NCBI GenBank assembly: GCA_003223295.1
Contig: QHYM01000103.1
Span: 6,581 to 70,580, forward strand
Direction: 5' to 3'
Length of the DNA: 64,000 nucleotides
Origin: Acidobacteriota bacterium
GTDB taxonomy: Bacteria > Acidobacteriota > Terriglobia > Acidiferrales > UBA7541
Shown: positions 1-9,195 of the stretch, in pieces
How the letters are laid out: every line of letters begins with the position of its first letter
Numbering within the stretch: the first letter of the stretch is position 1
The notes under the pieces: generated by a model
Told to the model about the DNA's origin: nothing
Database searches by the model: none
The model's input: the letters and a program-made list of their open reading frames with translations, nothing else
Translations under genes and position numbers: made by a program

Positions 1-402
1 CCGGTGTGCACGACGGCGGGCAACGCGGTTCTGGACTATCTCGAAACGCACAAGCTTTTCGAACGCGTGGACTCGGCCGGGAAGAATTTGCGCCAGGCGC
101 TCGTTCCATTGGAAAAGCATCCACACATCGGCGAGATTCGAGGCATGGGGCTGCTTTTCGGCGTGGAGTTTTTAAAAGACAAAGCCGCGCGCGAGCCTTT
201 CATGAAGTCGGACAATACTGCGGAAAAAATGCGTCAAGCTGCGATGGACGAAGGCGTGCTGACGTACCCGACGCAAGGGTGTGTCGACGGACACCGGGGC
301 GATCACCTGCTGCTTGCGCCTCCGTTCACGATTTCCGAAGAGGAGTGCAAGCTCGTGGGTAGCGCCCTCGCGGCGGCGCTCCGAAAAGTGTTTCCCTCTT
401 GA
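1..402 (+). CDS. class-III PLP aminotransferase, C-terminal fragment (5' end outside window)
   Basis: The frame is open to the window edge. The segment HIGEIRGMGLLFGVEF ... DHLLLAPPFTISEEE is typical of the C-terminal small domain of class-III aminotransferases. Confidence 0.75.
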   Translation, partial: PVCTTAGNAVLDYLETHKLFERVDSAGKNLRQALVPLEKHPHIGEIRGMGLLFGVEFLKDKAAREPFMKSDNTAEKMRQAAMDEGVLTYPTQGCVDGHRGDHLLLAPPFTISEEECKLVGSALAAALRKVFPS

Positions 403-443
403 TTCGATCCCTGTTTGCGCGGTTTGCGGAAAGCTAACTACGA

Positions 444-2636
444 ATGCGAAAAATCTCTTTGGCTGCGCCTGTCAGTTTGTTCGCGATCCTGATTCTTTCC
501 GCAATCCTTTTTGCACAACACCCGGAATCCAGTTCGAGCCCATCGCACATTCTGGGCTTTACGGCAGCGCACGCGAGGGCGGAGCACCGCCTCGAGGCGG
601 ACTTTCAGTCGATTCCTTCGCCCGAGAAGGCGCGGGAATGGCACCGGAAGTTTACGGCGGAACCGCATCCGGCGGCGTCCGAGCGCAACACTCAGCTTGC
701 GGATTTCACCGCAGACGAATGGCGAAAGCAGGGTTGGGAAGACGTGACGTTGCGGCGCTACGACGTTTTCCATTCGCGTCCGCGCAGTGTTTCGCTGGAA
801 ATGACCACGCCGGTGCGCTACATGGCGTCGCTGCGCGAAGACCCAGTCGAAGCGGATGCGGATACGAAGAATCCCTCCATCTACGGAGCTTACTTTGGAT
901 ACTCGGCGTCGGGCGATGTCACGGCGGAAGTGGTCTACGCGCACAGCGGGAATCCCGAAGATTATGATTTGCTGCGCAAGAGCGGCGTTAACGTCAAAGG
1001 GAAAATTGTGCTGGTTCGCTATTCGAATCCCTACAGCTACCGCGGATTCAAAGCGCTGACGGCGGAGCGCGAAGGCGCGGCTGCACTGCTGATTTATTCC
1101 GATCCTGCGGAAGACGGCTTCACGCACGGGAAAGTGTTTCCCGAAGGGCCGTGGGGACCGGAGAGTCACATTCAACGCGGCGCAATCACATACGACTACA
1201 TCGTGCCGGGTGATCCCACAACCCCAGGCTGGGCTTCGGTTCCTGGAGCGAAACGCATCAAGCCGGAGGAAGCACGGTCGCTGCCGAAAATTCCGGCGCT
1301 GCCCCTTTCCTGGCGCGACGCAAAACCGCTGCTGGAAAACATGAACGGTCCCACGGCGCCCAAGGATTGGCAAGGAGCGTTGCCCATCACGTACCGGCTG
1401 ACCGGCGCGGTGACGGTGCACGTGAAAGTTGACATGGATACGAGCCTGCAACCTTACACGGTGGTGGAGGCGCGCATTCGCGGAAGCGAGATTCCCGACG
1501 AATGGGTATTGCTGGGGAATCACCGCGATGCCTGGGTGTTTGGCGGCGTCGACCCTTCGAGCGGCACGGCTTCGATGATGGAATTGACGCGCGCTCTCGG
1601 CGAACTGAAGCAGCGGGAGATTCGGCCGCGGCGGACGATCGTGGTTTGCAGTTGGGACGGAGAAGAGTACGCGCTAACGGGCTCGACGGAATGGGGCGAG
1701 CAGTTCGCGGACGACTTGAAGAAAAAACTGGTTGCGTATTTGAACGTGGACGAATCGGTGGCGGGTGCGGCTATGACAGCCGGCCCGGAGGGACTGAGCT
1801 TTTCGCCTTCGGCGGTGGCCTCGCTTGCGCCGATGCTCGTGGAAGCTTCGAAGGACGTGCGCGCGCCGTCAGGAAAATCGCTCTACGAAGGATGGCGAGC
1901 GACGAGCAAGCGCGATGCGCGAGCCAGCGCGCCGCCGCTGGACAGCGGACTTGTGGAGACGCGCATCGGCAGCGGTTCGGACCACACGGTATTTCTGAAT
2001 CATCTGGGACGGCCGGTGATCAACCTGGGGTTCGGCGGCGATTACGGCGTGTACCACTCGATGTACGACGATCATTACTGGATGGAAAACATCGGCGATC
2101 CAGCGTTCGAATACCACGTGGCGCTGACGAATATCTGGGGGCTGGTTGCGCTGCGGTTGGCAAACGCGGATGTTCTGCCGTATGACTTTGGGTTCAACGC
2201 TGGGGCACTGGATCATTTTCTGGCGGAACTGGAACTGAAGAACAAGATCGATACGCACAAACTGAAATTGAGGAAGCTGCACGAGCGTATCGCGGAATTT
2301 GAGAAAGCTGGAAATGAACTGCGCGAGGCGGTGGGACAGGGCCTTGCTTCCGGCAAGAATTCCGCGGAAAAGACACAGCGGCTCAATGAGCAGCTTCTGC
2401 AAGTGGAATCGAACTGGCTGGAGCCTAGTGGGATTCCGGGACGGCCGTGGTTCCAGCATTTGCTTTATGCAGCGCGGTATACGTACGCGCATTTGGAGTT
2501 TCCCGGGCTGACAGAAGCGGTGGAAAAGGGAGATTGGAAGATGGCGTCCGAACAGGAGACCTTGATCGAGCGGGCGTTCGAGAGGAACGTTGAATTGCTG
2601 CGTGCGGCGAAAGCTTCCTGGGAGAAAAATAATTGA
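444..2636 (+). CDS. M28 family metallopeptidase with PA domain and transferrin-receptor-like dimerisation domain (glutamate carboxypeptidase II-like)
   Basis: 730 aa with an N-terminal signal-like segment MRKISLAAPVSLFAILILSAILFA. The core GNHRDAWVFGGVDPSSGTASMMEL closely resembles GCPII/NAALADase, and there is a helical C-terminal domain. Confidence 0.85.
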   Translation: MRKISLAAPVSLFAILILSAILFAQHPESSSSPSHILGFTAAHARAEHRLEADFQSIPSPEKAREWHRKFTAEPHPAASERNTQLADFTADEWRKQGWEDVTLRRYDVFHSRPRSVSLEMTTPVRYMASLREDPVEADADTKNPSIYGAYFGYSASGDVTAEVVYAHSGNPEDYDLLRKSGVNVKGKIVLVRYSNPYSYRGFKALTAEREGAAALLIYSDPAEDGFTHGKVFPEGPWGPESHIQRGAITYDYIVPGDPTTPGWASVPGAKRIKPEEARSLPKIPALPLSWRDAKPLLENMNGPTAPKDWQGALPITYRLTGAVTVHVKVDMDTSLQPYTVVEARIRGSEIPDEWVLLGNHRDAWVFGGVDPSSGTASMMELTRALGELKQREIRPRRTIVVCSWDGEEYALTGSTEWGEQFADDLKKKLVAYLNVDESVAGAAMTAGPEGLSFSPSAVASLAPMLVEASKDVRAPSGKSLYEGWRATSKRDARASAPPLDSGLVETRIGSGSDHTVFLNHLGRPVINLGFGGDYGVYHSMYDDHYWMENIGDPAFEYHVALTNIWGLVALRLANADVLPYDFGFNAGALDHFLAELELKNKIDTHKLKLRKLHERIAEFEKAGNELREAVGQGLASGKNSAEKTQRLNEQLLQVESNWLEPSGIPGRPWFQHLLYAARYTYAHLEFPGLTEAVEKGDWKMASEQETLIERAFERNVELLRAAKASWEKNN

Positions 2637-3829
2637 TGAATCGCTACTTGGGATTGTGCTGGCTCGCGATAGCGTTTTGTTTCGCCGCGGTCCTTCCCGC
2701 GTTCGCGCAGCAAGAAACGCACGCAAAACCTCGCGCGCATGATCTGGGTGTTCCGTTTGACGGGAAGCCGGGGCCATTGAACGCCATCACGGACGTAGCT
2801 GGCGTTACGGTGGGGCACACGACGCTGACTTCGGGCGAAGGCAAACTGCAAATCGGAAAAGGGCCGGTGCGAACCGGCGTGACGGCGGTTCTTCCGCGCG
2901 GATTGGATTCGATGATGAATCCCGTTTTTGCGGGCTGGTGGTCGCTCAACGGCAACGGTGAGATGACGGGCACAACCTGGGTGGAAGAGTCGGGCTTTCT
3001 GGAAGGCCCGGTAATGATTACGAATACGCATAGCGTGGGCGTGGTCCGCGACGCGGTGATTCAATGGCGCGTGGCGCACGGCAAGCCGGATCCCACCGGA
3101 TATTGGTGGTCGCTTCCGCTAGTAGCCGAAACCTGGGATGGCTGGCTGAACGATATCAATGGATTTCACGTCAAGCCCGAGCACGCCTTCCACGCGATTG
3201 ATTCCGCGCATGGCGGGGCAGTGGAAGAAGGCAATGTGGGCGGCGGCACCGGAATGGTTTGCAACGGGTTTAAAGGCGGCATCGGCACATCGTCAAGAAA
3301 GCTGGATGAGAAGTCGGGCGGGTATACGGTGGGTGTGCTGGTGCAATGCAACTACGGCACGAAAGACAATTTACGCATTGCCGGAATTCCCGTGGGGAGA
3401 GAAATTGCCGCTGATGATCCGTACGCCAGCGCTTCTTTCGTGAATGACGATCACGGCTCGATCATCGTGGTGGTTGCGACGGACGCGCCGCTCGTCGCGC
3501 ACCAGCTGAAGCGTTTGGCACGCCGCGTCTCGCTGGGCTTGGGGAGAAACGGCAGCATCTCCGGCAACGGCTCGGGCGACATTTTCATCGCGTTCTCCAC
3601 GGCAAATTCGGGCGCGGCAGCTACGGACCACGTCGTTGATTTGAAAATGCTGCCCAACGACAAGCTCGGGCCTGTCTTCGCCTCCACGGTGCAGGCTACG
3701 GAAGAAGCCGTCGTCAACGCGATGGTGGCAGCGGAGACGATGACGGGGATCGAGAATCATAAGGTGGTTGCGCTACCGCACGACAAGCTTCGCGCGGTTC
3801 TGAAGAAATACAACCGCCTGACCCAATGA
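2636..3829 (+). CDS. DmpA/P1 (S58) family aminopeptidase
   Basis: Signal peptide, then GPLNAITDVAGVTVGHTT and GNVGGGTGMVCNGFKGGIGTSS, characteristic of the DmpA/Ntn aminopeptidase family. The ATG at 2636 overlaps the upstream TGA by 1 nt. The ORF track starts at TTG 2633. Confidence 0.85.
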   Translation: MNRYLGLCWLAIAFCFAAVLPAFAQQETHAKPRAHDLGVPFDGKPGPLNAITDVAGVTVGHTTLTSGEGKLQIGKGPVRTGVTAVLPRGLDSMMNPVFAGWWSLNGNGEMTGTTWVEESGFLEGPVMITNTHSVGVVRDAVIQWRVAHGKPDPTGYWWSLPLVAETWDGWLNDINGFHVKPEHAFHAIDSAHGGAVEEGNVGGGTGMVCNGFKGGIGTSSRKLDEKSGGYTVGVLVQCNYGTKDNLRIAGIPVGREIAADDPYASASFVNDDHGSIIVVVATDAPLVAHQLKRLARRVSLGLGRNGSISGNGSGDIFIAFSTANSGAAATDHVVDLKMLPNDKLGPVFASTVQATEEAVVNAMVAAETMTGIENHKVVALPHDKLRAVLKKYNRLTQ

Positions 3830-3863
3830 GGAAAAAGGGGAGAAATTAATTTTGCAGGGAGCT

Positions 3864-3950
3864 GTGGGCGCGGGTTGAATCCGATCCTTTTGATTTTTGT
3901 TTTGGTATCTCAAAGATGACATCAACCGATGTGTCGGATTCAACGCCCAC
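3864..3950. repeat. long imperfect hairpin (11-bp plus 6-bp helices, about 49-nt AT-rich loop) between convergent genes
   Basis: GTGGGC-gcgg-GTTGAATCCGA (3864-3884) pairs with TCGGATTCAAC-GCCCAC (3934-3950). No U-tract follows on either strand. Confidence 0.5.
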
Positions 3951-4043
3951 TCCGTTTAGCATAACCGGTTTGTACTTCCACTGCGCCAGTGATCCTTCGG
4001 GTTCGACTTTGTCGAACCCTCAGGATGACAGCGCTTGTTTGCG

Positions 4044-5243
4044 TTAAATCACCGGGAGGGCGGTTTTGCGCGGGGGATTGAAGAAGGGAAGCGGGACGAC
4101 TTTCGCGGAGACGGTGTGGCGCACGGCTTCGACGGTCATTTCCATACTGAGAGATGTGCCCGGAGTGGAACTTTCGCGGCTCACCGAAGCGAGGGCGATC
4201 ATTTTTTTCAACGTGGGAGACCAGGTGGTTGAGGTAGCTTTGCCGACCTGGCGGCCACCGCGATAAACGGGCACGGCGACGCGCGAGGCCATGCCGGGGA
4301 CTTGCGGCGCCATTTTTAGCTTGTCGTATAGCGCTTCGACTTCGTTCCAATTGATTTCCAGGCCGACGAGAGCACGCTTGGCCCCTTTTTTCGCTTCCTG
4401 CGCCAGCGCTTCGCGGCCCACAAAATTTTCTTTTTCCAAATCGACCAGCTTGCCGAGGCCGATTTCGAAGGGCGAATATTTTTGCGAGTCAATGAGCGCT
4501 TTCTTGCTCGAGATGTAGTCCACTTCGATCAGGATTAGCCCTGCTTCGATGCGGGCGACGTCCAGAGCAATCATGCCCGCGGGATGGATGTCGAAGGCTT
4601 TGCCTTTGGCGACCAGCGCGTCCCACACTTTGACGGCGTCGATCCAGGGCATCCAGATCTCGAAGCCAAGATCGCCGGTGTAGCCGCTGCGGGAGATGTC
4701 CACGGGAACGCCGGCGATTTTTCCACGCGTAACGCGGAAATACTTCAGGTTATCGATCGGCGCATCGGTAACCATGCGCAAGAGCCGTCCCGACGTGGGT
4801 CCTTGCAGAGCAAGCGCGGCGGTTTGTTCGGAAATGTCCTCGATCCTCACGTCCAGGGCGAGCGCGTTTTGCTGGAACCAGCGCAAGCTGGGATCCGCGG
4901 CGGTCCAGCGGTATTCGTTTTCGCTGAGGCGCGTGATGGTGCCATCGTCGATGACTTTGCCCTCGGGATCGCACCAGCAGCAGTAGATGACCTGGTCGAC
5001 GGCGACTTTGTTGATGTCGCGGGAGATGACGCGGTTGACGAACTTGGTGGCGTCGCGGCCGGTCACGCGATATTTGAAGAGCGGGGAAATGTCGATGAGC
5101 GCGGCGGAATTGCGGATGGCGTTGTACTCGTGCTCATGATGCATCTCGTAGACGCTGACAGTGTAATAGCCGGACCACTCGCGATAGTTCAGGCTTTCGC
5201 ACAGCGCCAAGGTGCGCTCATGAAACGCGGTTCCAACCGGCAC
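4044..5243 (-). CDS. aminomethyltransferase family protein (GcvT-like folate-dependent)
   Basis: 399 aa. ALIDISPLFKYRVTGRDA ... ALQGP ... SRSGYTGDLGFEIW are hallmark GcvT/DMGO-type motifs. GTG start with GGAGGAG 3 nt upstream. Confidence 0.85.
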   Translation of the reverse strand: MPVGTAFHERTLALCESLNYREWSGYYTVSVYEMHHEHEYNAIRNSAALIDISPLFKYRVTGRDATKFVNRVISRDINKVAVDQVIYCCWCDPEGKVIDDGTITRLSENEYRWTAADPSLRWFQQNALALDVRIEDISEQTAALALQGPTSGRLLRMVTDAPIDNLKYFRVTRGKIAGVPVDISRSGYTGDLGFEIWMPWIDAVKVWDALVAKGKAFDIHPAGMIALDVARIEAGLILIEVDYISSKKALIDSQKYSPFEIGLGKLVDLEKENFVGREALAQEAKKGAKRALVGLEINWNEVEALYDKLKMAPQVPGMASRVAVPVYRGGRQVGKATSTTWSPTLKKMIALASVSRESSTPGTSLSMEMTVEAVRHTVSAKVVPLPFFNPPRKTALPVI

Positions 5244-5335
5244 GACTCCTCCGTACGCAAACGCCGCATAAACGACTGCGAGAACACCGGATTATAGGTG
5301 CGATTCAGTGTGCTCGCAAGGCGTGGCGAAAGCAG

Positions 5336-5960
5336 CTACAGGGAGGGAATCATTGATTCGGCGGGGGCAGGGTCTGTACGTAGGTATTCTTTACAATCTT
5401 CGCTTGCGTGGTGAAAATGCGGTAGTCCGTGAACTGACCGCGACACCAATAAACCTTGTTCTTGAATTTGGCTTGCGTTGAGATCGTGAGTGGGATGAGC
5501 CGAGGAGCCTCGTCCGTTGCCGTACGTCACAGAGAAGCCCTCGTTCATAGAAGCGCCTTCGTCATCCGGCCCGGTGGCCAGATACCGCTGGATAACTCTT
5601 TCTCCTTTGATCTTCCGAGGCCGCGCCATCATGGCGACGTGATAGTTGGTTCCGATGAGACGACACTCGGGGATCCAAGCAGAAGCCCGTACCGAACTGG
5701 CCTTCTACCCCAAGCCCAGCCCACTTCAACTTTGTGATAGGGAGGACCGTTTTGCTCAAGTCCTGGGCAGAAGCGTGTTTGAAACAGCGGGCTTCCCAAA
5801 TGGAACGAATGGCCAGTCGTTCCAGGAAAGCAGTGCCGATATGAAACTCAGCAGGGCCGATGTTTGCCGTGAATCTTGAAGAGAGCCGCGGCCATGATCT
5901 GTTCGGGCTTCTTGTGCCGCGTTCTTGGTCTCTGTAGAATGCTTTCTCTTGCTTCCTGCA
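5336..5960 (-). pseudogene. decayed, frame-broken ORF fragments (possibly a LamG/concanavalin-like domain protein remnant)
   Basis: No intact ORF fills the 750-bp gap. Minus-strand fragments in three frames (5336-5707, 5562-5960, 5756-5977) read on from one another. Segments such as IGTAFLERLAIRSIWEARCFKHASAQDL and VRASAWIPE...YHVAMMARP...LNASQIQ loosely fit LamG patterns. GC looks lower by eye. Confidence 0.3.
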
Positions 5961-5993
5961 TTTTTCTCTTGAGTCATACCGGAGTCTGACTGA

Positions 5994-7604
5994 ATGGGAC
6001 AGCACTACGACGCTATCGTCATCGGCGGCGGCCATAACGGGCTTGTCAACGCCGCGTATCTAGCCAAGGCAGGGAAGAAGGTTGTCGTTCTCGAGCGCCG
6101 GCACGTGCTGGGCGGCGCGGCGGTGACGGAGGAGATCTTTCCCGGGTTCCTGTTTTCGGAGTGCTCCTACGTGGTCTCGCTGCTGCGGCCGGAGATTATC
6201 CGGGAGCTTGAACTACCGCGCCACGGGCTCGAAATCCTGCCGCTGGACGGCACGTTCACGCCCATGCCGAGCGGTGATTACCTGTGGCGCGTGAACGATC
6301 ACGCCAAAACGATCCGGGAGATTCGCCGGCACTCGCGCGTGGACGCCGAAGCGTATGAAGAATTTTCGAAGATGATGGTGCCGATGTGCCGGTTCGTGAA
6401 GCCCATCCTGTCGATGATTCCACCCGATCCCACGACGCTAAACCCGCGCGATCTCAAGCAACTCCATTTTCTGCTGCAACGCTTCCGCGAACTTTCTTCC
6501 GACGAGCGATACACGCTGGTGCAGCTCATGACCATGAGCGCGGCGGATTTCCTCGACCAGTGGTTCGAAACCGATGCCCTGAAAGCCACGATGTCGGCCT
6601 CAGGAATCATTGGGACGTTTCTGGGGATTCGCTCGCCGGGAACGGCATACGTTTTGCTGCATCACTACATGGGCGAGATTGACGGTGCGTTTCGCTCCTG
6701 GGGCTTCAGCCGCGGGGGCACGGGCGCCATTTCCAACGCCATCGCTTCAGCCGCGCGCGAACTCGGCGCGGAGATTCGCACGAAAGCGCCCGTCACGAAA
6801 ATCCTAACGAAGAACGGGCGGACCTGCGGTGTGGTGCTGCAGTCCGGAGAAGAAATCTCAGGGGACGTCGTTTCGTCGAGCGTCGATCCTCATCTGACGT
6901 TTGAGAAATTTCTCGAGCCCAACGAACTACCTTCGGATTTTCTCGAAAGCGTGCGGCGCTACAAATTCCGCGGCTCTTCCGGCAAGGTCAATCTCGCCCT
7001 CGACGCGCTTCCGAATTTCAAGTGCCTGCCGGGTCATGGCGCGCATCTTCGCGGCGCGATTTCCATCTCTCCCGGCATGGACTACATGGAGCGCGCCTAC
7101 GATGACGCCAAATACGGCCATTACTCGCGCCGCCCGTATATCGACATGGTGATACCAAGCCTGACGGATCCAAGCGTGGCCCCTCCCGGGAAACACGTTC
7201 TTTCGTGTTTCGTGCAATACGCGCCGTACAGATTGGCCGAGGGCAACTGGGACGAGCAGCGCGAGGCCTTCGGCAACAACGTGATCGACACGATTGCCGA
7301 ATATGCGCCGAATATCAAGGACATCATCATCGGCAAGCAGGTGCTCACACCGCTCGACCTGGAACTCGAATTCGGCCTCACGCAGGGAAATATTTTTCAA
7401 GGCGAGCTTTCCCTTGAACAGCTCTTCTTCCTGCGGCCCGTTGCCGGGTGGGCCTATTACCGTACGCCGATTCACAACCTCTATATGTGCGGGTCGGCCA
7501 CGCACCCGGGAGGCGGCATTATGGGCGCCAACGGCCGCCTGGCGAGTCAGGTCATCCTGAAAAACTGGAAGTTTGGCGCATCTCGTTCGAAGGCGGCCAA
7601 CTGA
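5994..7604 (+). CDS. FAD-dependent oxidoreductase, phytoene desaturase (CrtI)-related family
   Basis: 536 aa with the N-terminal Rossmann motif YDAIVIGGGHNGLVNAAYLAKAGKKVVVLERRHVLGG, COG1233-like throughout. Confidence 0.85.
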   Translation: MGQHYDAIVIGGGHNGLVNAAYLAKAGKKVVVLERRHVLGGAAVTEEIFPGFLFSECSYVVSLLRPEIIRELELPRHGLEILPLDGTFTPMPSGDYLWRVNDHAKTIREIRRHSRVDAEAYEEFSKMMVPMCRFVKPILSMIPPDPTTLNPRDLKQLHFLLQRFRELSSDERYTLVQLMTMSAADFLDQWFETDALKATMSASGIIGTFLGIRSPGTAYVLLHHYMGEIDGAFRSWGFSRGGTGAISNAIASAARELGAEIRTKAPVTKILTKNGRTCGVVLQSGEEISGDVVSSSVDPHLTFEKFLEPNELPSDFLESVRRYKFRGSSGKVNLALDALPNFKCLPGHGAHLRGAISISPGMDYMERAYDDAKYGHYSRRPYIDMVIPSLTDPSVAPPGKHVLSCFVQYAPYRLAEGNWDEQREAFGNNVIDTIAEYAPNIKDIIIGKQVLTPLDLELEFGLTQGNIFQGELSLEQLFFLRPVAGWAYYRTPIHNLYMCGSATHPGGGIMGANGRLASQVILKNWKFGASRSKAAN

Positions 7605-7605
7605 C

Positions 7606-9195
7606 ATGCCGCTCGGACAACGCGTTGTTCTGATTGGTGGGGGCCACAACGCCCTGGTCGCCGCTTTTTATTTAGCCAGGGGTGGTTTCAAGCCGCTGGT
7701 TCTCGAACGCCGCGAAATGGTTGGCGGCGGCGCCATCACCGAGGAATTCTATCCCGGCTTCCGCGCTTCCACACTGGCGCACACCCTCGGCCCACTGCGC
7801 GCCGATATTGCACGCGACATGCAACTGCAGCGGTTTAGTTGCGAGATTCTCTCTCCTGACCCTCGCGTGTTCGCCCCTGCGCCGGACGGCCGAGCTTTGT
7901 TTTTCTACAACGACGCGGCGAAAACCGCGGCAGGCATCGCTGATTTCTCGGAAAAGGATGCGGGGAAGTACGCGGAATTCGCGGAGTCGCTCGAATCCAT
8001 TTCCGAGGTTCTTACACAACTGGTTTCCATGACACCTCCGGCGGTCGATAAGCCCAGTCCGGAAGACTTCTGGAATCTGTTCAAGACCGGGCGCGGTGTG
8101 CGCCGACTCGGTAAAGAGGGCATGTTTAACCTTTTCCGCTGGTCGCCGATGGCGGTAGCGGATTTTGTCGCCGAATTCTTTGAAACAGAATTGCTTCGAG
8201 CGGTGATTGCCGCGAGGGGAATATTTGGCAATGCCCTAGGCCCATGGTCTGCAGGATCAACCGCGGTCCTGCTTCTGCGCGCCGCTGCGGACTCCCACCC
8301 GGTCGGTTCTGCGGCTTATCCGCGGGGAGGCCTTGGCTCGTTCACGCGCGCACTTGCGGAATCCGCCAGGGGAGCAGGCGGGGAAATTCGCACGGACGCC
8401 GAAGTCGAGCAGATTCGCATCAAGGATGGCGCAATCGCGGGAGTTGTGCTCAAGGGCGGAGAAGAAATCGCAGTGGAAGCCGTGGCTTCCAGCGTCGACC
8501 CGAAGCGCACCTTCTTTCACCTCATCGACCCTTCGCAGCTTGATCCCGTGTTCGCGAATCGCATCAAGAACTTCCGCGCGCGGGGCAATGTCGCCAAAGT
8601 CAATCTCGCGCTTGGTGGTTTGCCAGCTTTCACGGCGCTCGAGGCTCATGAACACGCGCTGAGAGCGCTTTCCGGACGCATTCACATTGGTCCGGACATC
8701 GATTACCTGGAACGCGCTTTCGACAATTCCAAGTACGGTGAATTTTCAAAAGCGCCCTATCTGGACGTTACCATCCCCACGATTCTCGACCCGGCGCTCG
8801 CGCCCGACGGCAAACAGGTGCTCTCCGCTTACGTCCAGTTTGCCCCCTACAAGTTGAAGGAAGGGAATTGGGATTCTTGTCGGCGAGAGCTCGGCCTCAC
8901 CGTGATCAAAACACTTTCCACTTACGCGCCAAATCTCTCCAGCCTGGTGGAAGGCGTGCAAGTCATCACACCCGCTGACCTAGAGACTTGTTACGGCTTT
9001 ACCGGCGGACATGTTTTTCATGGCGAGCTCGCGCTGGACCAGCTTTTCACCATGCGCCCAGTTCTCGATTGGGCGCGCTACAAAACACCGGTTCGCGGGC
9101 TTTTTCTCTGCGGCTCTGGCACGCACCCTGGAAATGGACTGACGGGCGCAAGCGGCGCCAACGCTGCCCGCGAAATCATCCGCGAACTTCGATGA
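7606..9195 (+). CDS. FAD-dependent oxidoreductase, CrtI-related (tandem paralog)
   Basis: VVLIGGGHNALVAAFYLARGGFKPLVLERREMVGG, colinear similarity to the upstream gene. ATG at 7606 lies 1 nt after the upstream TGA (7602-7604). The ORF track start at 7573 overlaps the upstream gene. Confidence 0.85.
   Translation: MPLGQRVVLIGGGHNALVAAFYLARGGFKPLVLERREMVGGGAITEEFYPGFRASTLAHTLGPLRADIARDMQLQRFSCEILSPDPRVFAPAPDGRALFFYNDAAKTAAGIADFSEKDAGKYAEFAESLESISEVLTQLVSMTPPAVDKPSPEDFWNLFKTGRGVRRLGKEGMFNLFRWSPMAVADFVAEFFETELLRAVIAARGIFGNALGPWSAGSTAVLLLRAAADSHPVGSAAYPRGGLGSFTRALAESARGAGGEIRTDAEVEQIRIKDGAIAGVVLKGGEEIAVEAVASSVDPKRTFFHLIDPSQLDPVFANRIKNFRARGNVAKVNLALGGLPAFTALEAHEHALRALSGRIHIGPDIDYLERAFDNSKYGEFSKAPYLDVTIPTILDPALAPDGKQVLSAYVQFAPYKLKEGNWDSCRRELGLTVIKTLSTYAPNLSSLVEGVQVITPADLETCYGFTGGHVFHGELALDQLFTMRPVLDWARYKTPVRGLFLCGSGTHPGNGLTGASGANAAREIIRELR

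Noticed and set aside
438-1523. Long antisense or alternative-frame ORFs throughout the window. Examples: 438-1523(-), 8980-9636(-), 10319-11119(-), 12744-13670(-), 34071-35081(-), 35707-36462(-), 35823-36611(-), 55124-55864(-), 61892-62794(-).
   Set aside because: They lie opposite or out of frame to ORFs with clear family signatures. Their products are Arg/Pro/Gly/Ala-rich low-complexity sequences typical of shadow frames in high-GC DNA, and no family motifs are recognisable.
5562-6035. 157-aa ORF as an intact gene.
   Set aside because: Its 5' part overlaps the start of the well-supported divergent flavoprotein gene. The product is low-complexity at both ends, so I treat it as part of the pseudogene debris.
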